Assembly: GCA_964019335.1 (NCBI GenBank) | Contig: OZ025682.1 | Location: 124,001-188,000 of the forward strand | DNA length: 64,000 nt | DNA from: Diplonema japonicum | Lineage: Eukaryota > Protista > Euglenozoa: Diplonemea | Reading direction: 5' to 3' | Shown here: positions 23,144 to 33,065 of the stretch, one piece after another | Layout: the number at the start of each line of letters is the position of its first letter | Position numbering within the stretch: position 1 is the first letter of the stretch | Notes under the pieces: model-generated | Databases searched by the model: none | What the model was told of the DNA's origin: nothing | What the model saw: the letters and a program-made list of their open reading frames with translations, nothing else | Made by a program: the position numbers and the translations under genes

Positions 23144-24001
23144 ATGACAGCAGACGAAGTCCCCACCACGATTAACCCACAGCAAGCATTCCCGCCCCAG
23201 CTTTTCAACCTGCCTCCTGTCATGTCTAAGTACCAGGAAGGGATCAACTTCAACGCAAAGGGCCCCGAGAAGATAGATGTTGCAAAGCAATTCTTCAAGG
23301 AACACGTGTCTAGCATGCACACAGGGAAGGTGTACGAGTTATTTGAAGCGTGGATGGACGAGGACAGCATCTGGGCCTCGGAAAGGCTCCCTTTAGCAAT
23401 GAGGGGAAGGGGCCCTGTTGAAAGCACTGAAATCTACAACCTCGTCATCAGTGTGCTGATAGGAGGGCCCAAGAGCACCCTCACTGTCCGTCTCTTAAGT
23501 GCCTCGTACAATGCAAAACTAGATGTGGTCAGGCTTGATATAATGACATCTGTGTTACGAGCTGGGGAAACCACCCCCGAAGTGGAGGGGAAACGGCTCA
23601 CAATAAAATTTAAAGATAATATGAAAATCGCCAGGGCAGTTGTTTCCCCTTGTGGCGATAGTTCTATTCACCCGGTGTCTCGCATGGAATTGCCTTGTGG
23701 AGGAGAGGATAAAGAGGAAAAACCAACAACACCAACCTCTCCAGCTTCTCTGCAGCTTCCTACCTACGACCGTCCTTGCCTCCACAACAACTGGGATCCT
23801 GTTCGTGTGAAGCGGGGCAACTCACTCCTGCGGTGCAGGGTGTGTGGTTCACAGTGGAAGCTTCCTGTACAAAAGGTTTCCCGTTGTCGAAGGTACCTCT
23901 CAGACGGGTGCAACAAGGGTTCCCTCTGCACTGCTCTTCATGTTAATGGGCGGAAGCTGACCCACGCACAGCGAACAGGCGACGAGAACCAATCGGCTTG
24001 A
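23144..24001 (+). CDS. SnoaL/NTF2-like + zinc module + CCCH finger protein, copy 11
   Basis: ATG at 23144 after poly-A; the longer ORF upstream is MITE sequence; 3' third almost identical to copy 10. Confidence 0.88.
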   Translation: MTADEVPTTINPQQAFPPQLFNLPPVMSKYQEGINFNAKGPEKIDVAKQFFKEHVSSMHTGKVYELFEAWMDEDSIWASERLPLAMRGRGPVESTEIYNLVISVLIGGPKSTLTVRLLSASYNAKLDVVRLDIMTSVLRAGETTPEVEGKRLTIKFKDNMKIARAVVSPCGDSSIHPVSRMELPCGGEDKEEKPTTPTSPASLQLPTYDRPCLHNNWDPVRVKRGNSLLRCRVCGSQWKLPVQKVSRCRRYLSDGCNKGSLCTALHVNGRKLTHAQRTGDENQSA

Positions 24002-25441
24002 TTAATTCTAGCTGCTTTTTTCTTTTTTCTTTTTTTTTTCTATCAACCCCTTTATCTTGCTTTCTTTTTTTTTTCTTTTCTTTTTGTTGACCCCTCCCGT
24101 GAACGTTGTCTTTTTTTATAAAAAACCTTTGAACACTCCGATCTAAAGTTAAAGGTTTCAAAAGAAAAAAAAGATTTTTACTTAGGGGAGGGGAGGGGGC
24201 TTGCTTTGTATTTTTTTCTCCCTTCTGGGTTGAGATGCTTTGAATTCTGTCTGTGGTGAAAAGTTGAGAAGAGTACTTTTTTTTTCTCTCTTTTTTTTTC
24301 TTCGATACAGTAAGCACAGACGTGGGGGAAAAAAAAAAGAAATAGAAATTGTTGCTGAAGTTTCATTTTTTTTTTTTGTTCTCATTTCATTTCCCAGGGA
24401 TAACTTTTTCTCCTCTTCCGCTTTTTACAGTTCTTCGTTATTCCTATTACTGAGACACAAGAAAGGGGAGCATCTCACAAAACGAAGATTTCTTTCTGTC
24501 TCTCACTTATTTATTCTAGCTTTAGTACGGCCTTTAACCTTTCTGCAGGGATCACGCCCACAAAAACTGTCCTATTCTTTTGTTCATTACACACATCCTT
24601 TCGTCCCCTTTTTTTAAAGTTGTTGCATTCGCTACGGGCCTTTCATTGTATTTCTTTGGCAGAAATGATAAAAACCCCAAGAATGGGGGGCGATTCGCTA
24701 CTTCCTCTGAACATCGAAAACAGGGTTGTCAGAAATGCTTATGAAAGGTCACGAGAAGAGGCGAATGCCCGAAAGGGGTGTAAAAAAAAAAAAAAATACT
24801 TTACTTTCCGCCAAAAATTCGAGCTTACAAATGGTAGGGGAAAAAAAAATTAATTACTAGAGAAAGAAAATAAGGAAAAATCTGTCCGGTTGACTGCGAA
24901 AATATTTCACCGAAAGAATAATATTAAAAAAAAACAAAGGAAGTGAATCCTAGCCTGTTGTCACCGGGGCTCTTTTCTTTACTTTCTTTGTTTTTCCTCC
25001 CCCCTGTGTTCCTTTCTTGCCCTTTCTCTTTCTTCGAACATTATTGTGATATACAATCGTGTTCGCGCCAAGAATAGGAAAACCCTCGGAACAATGGGAG
25101 GAAAAAAAAAAAAGAAAAAAAAAAAAAACACATTACTGCCTCTTACTCTGGCCCGCCTTATCCCCCTCCTCCCCCCCCCCCCCCACTTTTCTTCCTCTCG
25201 CTTCTTAGACCCCAATTAAGGGGGCTGCTATTTTACAAGGGGGTGGTGGTGGGGAGAATTGGTTGCTTCAAAGGAAAACAACATTTTGAAGCACACCCCC
25301 CCTCCAAGCACACCACCCCGTCCAATATTTCTTCTTTCTCTCTTTTTTTTTAATATTTTTTCCTCCCTCCCCTCCCCTTGCTTACTTTACTAATAAGAAA
25401 TATATAAAAAAAAAAAAAGTGATAAACATAGGAGAAGGGGG

Positions 25442-26236
25442 ATGATGATGATGATGACAACTGCGCCACCAGAAATGTCTATGTACCGGGAAGGCGTCAA
25501 TGTCAACGCAAAGGGCCCCGAGAAGATGGATGTTGCGAAGCAGTTTTTCAAGGAATACTTGTCGAGCATGCACACGGGGAGGGTCACGGAGATGTTCGAG
25601 GCCTGGATGCAGCCGGATGCACTTTGGTGCGCTGATAAAATGCCGCATCCTCTAAAAGCACGGGGCCTTCGGGAGGTGTGCAAGATGTACAACACAGTGG
25701 TCGAAAAAATCATGGGCGGCCCTGAATGTACCTTTTCTGTCAATGTAACGGGTGTGTCGCATTACGCAAGAAATGACACAGTCAGGCTGGACTTTGTATC
25801 CTCCGTGTTGAAGCCTGGTGAAGCGGTGCCTGAAGTTGGAAAAAACAGGATAACATTGTCTTTTACCCCGACCATGAAAATCTCCAAATTCTACGTCGCA
25901 CCATGTGATGATTTTGCGATCGCACCGGTGGACGAAAGGAGCGACAACGAGGAGGAAGATGTAAAAGAGAAGCAGAACACCCTTCCCACCCCGTCCCTCT
26001 CCAAGTCCTGTCTCCACAACAACTGGGATCCTGTTCGGGTCAAACGGGGTTTTGCCCTCCTGCGGTGCAGGGTTTGTTCCTCGCAATGGAAGCTTCCTTC
26101 AGTTGACGTTATCAAGTGCAAGCACTATTTAACCGACAGCGGGTGCCACAACAGGCCGTGTGCTGCGCTTCACGTGAATCTCCGGAAATTAACTCTTGAG
26201 GAAAGGACAAGAAACGGGGTGGTGAAGCAAGGGTGA
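25442..26236 (+). CDS. SnoaL/NTF2-like + zinc module + CCCH finger protein, copy 12
   Basis: Starts in an (ATG)5 run, so the exact start is uncertain; finger is C-x8-C-x4-C-x3-H. Confidence 0.87.
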   Translation: MMMMMTTAPPEMSMYREGVNVNAKGPEKMDVAKQFFKEYLSSMHTGRVTEMFEAWMQPDALWCADKMPHPLKARGLREVCKMYNTVVEKIMGGPECTFSVNVTGVSHYARNDTVRLDFVSSVLKPGEAVPEVGKNRITLSFTPTMKISKFYVAPCDDFAIAPVDERSDNEEEDVKEKQNTLPTPSLSKSCLHNNWDPVRVKRGFALLRCRVCSSQWKLPSVDVIKCKHYLTDSGCHNRPCAALHVNLRKLTLEERTRNGVVKQG

Positions 26237-26521
26237 AATTTTATTTGCGGGAGCCCCCCATCATTGCCGTTGCTTCTAGATATCTGTATTATGGTGATTC
26301 TGGCCGCCACGCACCCCCCTTTAGCGTGTAATGCGTTGTGGTACACAGAACCAAGCCAGTTAAAAAGCCCGTTTTTTTTTTTTCCTTTTTTTTTTTCTTC
26401 TTACTCCTAGACCCCGATTAAGGGGGCTGCTATTTTAGGGGTGTGGTGGTCTTTCCTAACACCCCCCCCCCCCCCCCCCCACTTCCTCTAAATATTTGTT
26501 ACGTAAAAAAAAAAAAATATA

Positions 26522-28086
26522 CTGTAAAACGAATAATGTCGGACGGAAAAATTCTCGGACAGAAAAACTCCCGGACACCAAAAAAACCCGGACATTTTTC
26601 CGTCCGGGAGTTTTTCTGAGAAGAAGTTTTTTTTACTTAAGGGGGGGTAGCAGCTCCCACCACGTTTGCCTGGAAGGGCTTTATTCCTTGTGCAGAGCCA
26701 AAATGTCACCCTGCGTGGCAGTTTGAATTTTTCTTCCCCTTTCAATGCACCAACAAACAGCACCCACGGGATCTTTAACTTCTCATAAACCCGTACTTCC
26801 TTGCTACCCAAGGCACGTTGAGCAGCTGGCTTGTGAGGGGCCCAACTTTGGTGCTGACACCCCCGGCCAGCTCACCCCCGAGATAAACTCCTTACACCGG
26901 GCCAGTACAAACCCCCGAAAGCAGCTTGGCGGCCTCTGCCTCGGTCAGAAGACGGCAGCAACAGGTTCAACAGAGCCCCCGGTTTCTTCCAGACGGAAAT
27001 ACTGGACGTTGCTATTCCACCCTACCACCCCTGGCCGCCACGACGCCGTGATAGCTGCGTATCGCCCAATACAGGATTTAGCATCCTTCGGGGGCTGAAA
27101 GATTTTGCTTGAGTCGATAGGTAAACGGGCTTGGTGAGCCTATCCCAGCACAACAAATATGCACCTATGCAGAAGGGCTGCTGTGCGCCAATCCAGCCCG
27201 AAAGACAGACCTGGTAGACTTTGGTGGGGCCTGTCCTTTTCCACTGGCTAGGCACTGACAAAATTTTGCAGCAAGAAAGACAAAAGCCGCAAGCCACCTC
27301 CGGAAAGCCCGGAAACGAGAAGGACAACGAGAAGGCACGCTGTTTCACCATGGAATTCAGGTCCATAATCGACACCCATAAAGTAAGGCCGGAATTGGTC
27401 TGGAATACGGGGTTAAAAACCAAACAAAAAGGGGTGCTAAGGTCGTAAAAGTCCGTGGCTTGGGGGACAAAACGGGCTATAACCGAACAGCTGGCTGTTT
27501 CCTTGGCTGGATGGTTAAATACAAAGGCAAAGCGGAAACGCAACCGGCAGGGATTATCCGTGCCCCGGTCAAGCACCCGCCCACCGAATGGAGCCTAACG
27601 GCATCGCCCAATCATTGGGCTATTATGATACTCGGTATCTGGGTTACGGAGCTGTTTCTTCCTTTTTGCTATAAATCATCGATTCCATGGTTTTGCCGAA
27701 CGGGCCGATTCTGCTGCTTGTCGGCGACCACAACTCTCACACGACCTATGCCTATGGGTTCGTAGAGTGGTTCGCAGGCGCAAACGTGCACATTGCTTTT
27801 GTCCCCCTGGGCTCACCTACATGGTTCAACCGATGGATATTGGGTTGAACGCAGCTGTAAAGCATCTATTAAGAAAGGTAGTAGGCCACACGAAGGCTCG
27901 ACAAGTTGATTGCCTCAGGGCAGCAAGGGAGGACAAAGATGCAGAAAGGGAACCCTGGGGGTTTCTTCGCGCGGTTGCCGTTTGCAGCCCAGGCCAGTAT
28001 GTAGGTGGTAGTGGACCAGGCCCCCTGACGGCCTTACCTAAAAAAAATTCCCAGAATTTTTCCGCCGGGAGTTTTTCGTTTTACAG
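26522..28086 (+). mobile_element. Decayed pogo/Tigger-like (Tc1-mariner superfamily) DNA transposon
   Basis: TIRs CTGTAAAACGAA/TTCGTTTTACAG flanked by TA on both sides; subterminal AAAAACTCCCGG repeats; transposase remnants VRPELVWN and PPGLTYMVQPMDIGLNAAVK. Confidence 0.88.
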
Positions 28087-28104
28087 TATATATTATCTGG
28101 TTTC

Positions 28105-28146
<42 letters not shown>

Positions 28147-28709
28147 CCATATTCGCTAAGTGACCGACCAGAACTCGCATTTTGAAGAGCTAAAAAAATT
28201 TCTAATTGCTTTTTCTAGGGCTGGAATGGATTTATTTGCGTCCGGGGCCCAATGTCCGACACATGGAATTTTTTTTTGTAATAAAAAGTTTTTTGGTGAT
28301 TTGCCTTACTTTGTACTATACAAAATGAAGCAGCTCCGGTGTGTTTGTCACTTAGCGAAAAAAATATGGAAGGTTAGTTACACATATTTTATCTTTCAAA
28401 GAAAATGATTTTATAACTGTGCCGAGCAAAAAAAAAAAAAAAAAAAGAAGAAAACAAAAAAGAAGAAACCACAGCTTTTTTTTTTAAAGCTTTTTTTTTT
28501 AAAACTTTTTTTTTTTTGCTCGTGCGGACAACAAAGACATATAGTCATATTTTCTCTTGACTTTTTTTTTCTTCTCTCCCTCTCCCTCTTTTTTCAACGA
28601 AGGCGTCTCACAAAGACCCCCTTTAACTCATATAATATATATCCCCCCCCCCCCCTTCCCTCACAAATATGAAATAAAAGAAAAGGGAGGTTTGCATTTA
28701 AAAAAAAAA

Positions 28710-29579
28710 ATGACAACTGCGCCACCAGAAATGTCTATGTACCGGGAAGGCGTCAATGTCAACGCAAAGGGCCCCGAGAAGATAGATGTTGCGAAGCAGT
28801 TTTTCAAGGAATACTTGTCGAGCATGCACACGGGGAGGGTCACGGAGATGTTCGAGGCCTGGATGCAGCCGGATGCACTTTGGTGCGCTGATAAAATGCC
28901 GATTCCTCTAAAAGCACGGGGCCTTCGGGAGGTGTGCAAGATGTACAACACAGTGGTCGAAAAAGTAATGGGCGGCCCTGAAAGCACCGTTTCTGTCCAT
29001 GTGACAAACACCTCATATTACGCAAAAAACGACACCGTCAGACTAGACTTCGTATCTTCCATTCTGAAGCCTGGCGAGGTGGTCCCCGAAGTTGGAAAAA
29101 AACGGTTCACATTGTCATTCGGCCCAACCATGAAAATCTCCAAATTCTTTGTAACACCATGTGATGATCTTGCGATCGCACCGGTGGACGAAAAGAGCGA
29201 CAACGAGGAAGAAGAAGAGGAAGAAGAGGGGGAACTTCCCGAAAAATATCCCCCTAAAAAGGGAGAAGAAGGCTGCAACGATGCAAATGAGCAGCAGCAC
29301 ACCGATGTAAAAGAGAAGCAGAACACCCTTCCCACCCCGTCCCTCTCCAAGTCCTGTCTCCACAACAACTGGGATCCTGTTCGGGTCAAACGGGGTTTTG
29401 CCCTCCTGCGGTGCAGGGTTTGTTCCTCGCAATGGAAGCTTCCTTCAGTTGACGTTATCAAGTGCAAGCACTATTTAACCGACAGCGGGTGCCACAACAG
29501 GCCGTGTGCTGCGCTTCACGTGAATCTCCGGAAATTAACTCTTGAGGAAAGGACAGGAAACGGGGCGAAGCAAGGGTGA
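28710..29579 (+). CDS. SnoaL/NTF2-like + zinc module + CCCH finger protein, copy 13
   Basis: ATG at 28710; duplicate of copy 12 with a longer acidic linker. Confidence 0.88.
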   Translation: MTTAPPEMSMYREGVNVNAKGPEKIDVAKQFFKEYLSSMHTGRVTEMFEAWMQPDALWCADKMPIPLKARGLREVCKMYNTVVEKVMGGPESTVSVHVTNTSYYAKNDTVRLDFVSSILKPGEVVPEVGKKRFTLSFGPTMKISKFFVTPCDDLAIAPVDEKSDNEEEEEEEEGELPEKYPPKKGEEGCNDANEQQHTDVKEKQNTLPTPSLSKSCLHNNWDPVRVKRGFALLRCRVCSSQWKLPSVDVIKCKHYLTDSGCHNRPCAALHVNLRKLTLEERTGNGAKQG

Positions 29580-29769
29580 ATCTTTCCGGACGAACTCACT
29601 TTTTTTTTCCCCACAGTGGAGGCAACTTTAGTTAGGTACAAATATTTATCTTTCAAAAAATGATTTTATATGCAACTTGTGCGGAGCAAAAAAAAAAACT
29701 TTCGCAGCTTTTTAAAAACCCTTTTTTTTTTTTTTTGCTATAGTCATAAAGAATTATTTTTTTTTTAAA

Positions 29770-30248
29770 CCCTTAAACGCCCAACTGCTTCTGTTGAAGC
29801 AGTTAATAGGTGTAATTGTTCTGTGGTCATCTAGACCAAAGTCTCGGATCGGTTTTCATAAAAAAAAAGATGGAATGGAAAGATATTGAAAATCTGCGTC
29901 AAATGCGCTGTTTGTATCCATCTGAAACCTCATAACTTCATCCCAGAACGGGGTGCCGAGACACTGGGTGACACCAAAAATGGGCATTTTCCAGATTTTC
30001 ATGATTTTTCCATGATTTTCCCTCTTTTTTTTTTTTTCCCCCCCGAGTCACTAGGCCTTCTCAAAATCAACATGTCAGCACACAACGGGAGCAGTTCCCG
30101 TCGACCTGCAATGTTCATATGGGTTAAATCCACCTCTCTACCTCAATCCTCGTTTCTTTTTTATTTACCAGGACCGCGATGACGATGTAGTTATGGGTCC
30201 GGTTGGGATCCTGCGAAACAGGTGGCCCACCTTTCTGGAGAACGGATG

Positions 30249-30280
<32 letters not shown>

Positions 30281-30499
30281 CACTCGTTCCCTGATCGATG
30301 CACCTCCATGGGTCGAAAACACTAAATATTTAGTGGAATGAACGCAAATCTTTCAAATCTTTCAAATGCGTACCTCGAATCAAAAAAAATTACCTCAAGA
30401 CTCAGCATGTTTGACCCAATGCCAACAAAGACCCAAAATCGAAAAAAATTTCGAAAATCAATTACCCCCCCCCCCCCCCCCCCCCTGGGCGTCTAAGGG
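29770..30499. mobile_element. piggyBac-like non-autonomous element
   Basis: TIRs CCCTTAAACGCCCA/TGGGCGTCTAAGGG; TTAA at 30500-30503 and TTAAA on the left. Confidence 0.7.
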
Positions 30500-30554
30500 T
30501 TAAGACTTCAAAAAAAACCCCCCCAACCTTTGCACAAATAGGGGATAAGAAAGA

Positions 30555-30624
30555 GCTCCGTCGCATCTCCAAGCCTGGAACGAAAGAGAGAAGATAAACT
30601 GGAGTGTGATACTATCCCGGGAGC
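30555..30624 (+). promoter_or_regulatory. Conserved downstream RNA hairpin element D
   Basis: Motif GTGTGATACTATCCCGGGAGC at 30604-30624; P1 GCTCC/GGAGC is compensatory relative to ACCCC/GGGGT; P2 TCGCATCTCCA/TGGAGTGTGA. Confidence 0.5.
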
Positions 30625-31092
30625 GTTCTCCCCCCCCCCCCCCCCCCCTCCCCCCCCTCTTGAATACAGTATTTATTTTTTGGCTCGATAACTTTTCGGC
30701 TCACTAAGGTACCACCTTAGAGTGCCTCTTGGGAAGCCTTTGTTGCAGGAGTAGGTATATAGTCACGGTATTGGTCTCAAAAAAATACTTTGCCCCCCCC
30801 CCCTCCATTTTTTGGAGAGGGTGTTCATTTCCTATCGTTAGTGAAATCTTTTTTTTCCCCCCCTGGTGGGCCATTGCAAACCACTTCATTTCCTATCATA
30901 TTGAATTTTTTTTCTCTCTCTCCTAACTTTTTTTTTTTTTAAAAAAGGCGATCTTGTCACATACTGCAGGTTCCCTTCAAAGACAAATTATTTTTGTACA
31001 ATTTTTAGTTGTCCTTGTTGTTATGCATTTGATTACTTTATTTAGAAAACGTGAAGTAGCCATCTACCAACGGGCCATACACATTGTGATCT

Positions 31093-31132
<40 letters not shown>

Positions 31133-31409
31133 CTTTTTTTTTTAATTTACTCTTGCTCTAGTTTCAGACCGAAGTCCCGAATTCGGTCGATTCTAGATTT
31201 GAGAAATATGATTTGAATGGCTCGTGCAGATAATCATACTTGCACTTTCTATGACATCTATGCTCTCCCCGGCGTTCGTTGGTAGATGGTTGCGAAAAGA
31301 AGTGCTGTGGGGTACCCGGTATCAAAGATACCCCCCCCCCCCCCCCCCCCCCCCCTTATAAGCACGTCCGTATTCCTTTCATTCAAACCTGCAGGAGTAG
31401 GAAATACGC

Positions 31410-31446
<37 letters not shown>

Positions 31447-31758
31447 CCGAAATTTTTTGCACGAGGACCCTGTGCATTCCTCACAGATACGGGGTAGCTA
31501 TTTCGCCATGGCATTTTTATTTTTATGCAGGGTAGTCACCCATTTCTCTTAAAAGGTCTTTTTTGCCCCCCTCGCTACATTTCGTACCAAACCCCAATGA
31601 GGCATAAAAATGTCGGAGGTTACCGTGGACGGTGGAAAAAAAGTTAGTGGTTGCATAAGGGAAATTGTTGGTGGTTACAGTAAAAAGTGGAAAAAAAGTT
31701 GGAGGTTGAAGGCGACGGTGGAAAAAGTTATTTGGTTACCTTGTACGTTGGTTTCCCC

Positions 31759-31796
<38 letters not shown>

Positions 31797-32220
31797 TTTT
31801 ATAGCACTTATTCCCACTTTTATAGGCCAGGAATAGCCTCAGATGGCTAAAAATAGTCAAAATACCCCCCAAAAAGGGGTTGGGTTGGGACAGCATTTTT
31901 TTGCACGACGAGACCCATTTTTTCACTCTGAAGCGCCATTTCGCGTATAATGGGCGTTTAAAATCGCGTTCAAATAATGAGGCCCCTAGTGAGTGAAGAA
32001 AATGAAGAAGAGTGAAATAAAAAAGAAAATAAAAAAGGAAAATGGGACGGGTGTGAGTATCTTGTATTTCCACCCCGCATGAAGGAAAAAGGAGATGGAA
32101 CGGCGTCTCTTCAGGGCATTGAAGGGAAAAAAAAAAAAAAAAGAAACTCGATAAAATTTCACTGAAAAAAAAAAGTGACATTTTTGTTTCCTCCCTACCC
32201 CCCCCCCCCCCCCCCCCCCG

Positions 32221-32377
32221 TAGGGCTATGCTGGCAGGAAACGTGGAAACCATACGTTTCCATACTTTTCAAAATTCTTATGGAAACGGCTTCCTTCTTA
32301 AGGAAACATAAGGAAACGTTTCCGTTTCCCTTTTTTTCAAAAAATGCATGGAAACGCGTTTCCATGCCAGCATAGCC
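32221..32377. mobile_element. Second copy of the hAT-like MITE
   Basis: TAGGGCTATGCTGGCA...TGCCAGCATAGCC; reverse complement of 22914-23087. Confidence 0.75.
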
Positions 32378-32380
32378 GTG

Positions 32381-33008
32381 GGGGTCACATGGGGGTGGTA
32401 AAGTGGGTTTTTTCAAATTCGGAAATGCAGAGCACTGGAGCCGCTTAAACCATGTAAAACACCCCTTTCTCGACCAAAAAAAATCGATTTCCGCCCGGTA
32501 CTTTTCACTTTTGGGCACCTACAAGGCATTATTTTGCATTTTTAAAAAAGGTGACCACGGTTTGGTACCTGGCCTGTTGTCTCCCCTGTATTATCTGAAA
32601 ATTTTAGAATTTGACCAGGTTTGTTCTTCTTTGAACGCGGCTCTTTAGGACGCCGCTACCGTTTGAACGGCAGAGTACTGTCTTACATCGCCCGATTGTG
32701 AATTTTTCTGTGTTTTGCGCGGCATTTCTGATGAATATTTATCATTTTCTCGAGGTTAGGAGTAAGTTTGTTTTTTTAGTGAAATTAAAGTGTTACAAAG
32801 ATTTCAGGTACCAAACCGTGGTCACTGTTTTAAAAATACAGATAAAGTATTAACAAGTGCTCAAAAATGCTCTAATCTGGCGAATTTTGATTTTTTGGTT
32901 AATTTGGAGGGTATTGGGCGGTTTTTTTTTACCTTAGGGGAAATTTTTTTTAAAAAAACTTTTTTTTTTTTTCACGTTTAACCACGTTTTTAAGGACCAT
33001 GTGACCCC
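32381..33008. mobile_element. Approx. 630 bp MITE with long imperfect TIRs
   Basis: Ends GGGGTCACATGG/CCATGTGACCCC; inner inverted match GTGACCACGGTTTGGTACCTG (about 32551-32571) / CAGGTACCAAACCGTGGTCAC (about 32806-32826). Confidence 0.75.
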
Positions 33009-33065
33009 CCCCCCCCCCCCCCCCCCCCCCGTCAGTTTAAGTTGGTAAAAAAAAATCTTTTTTTT

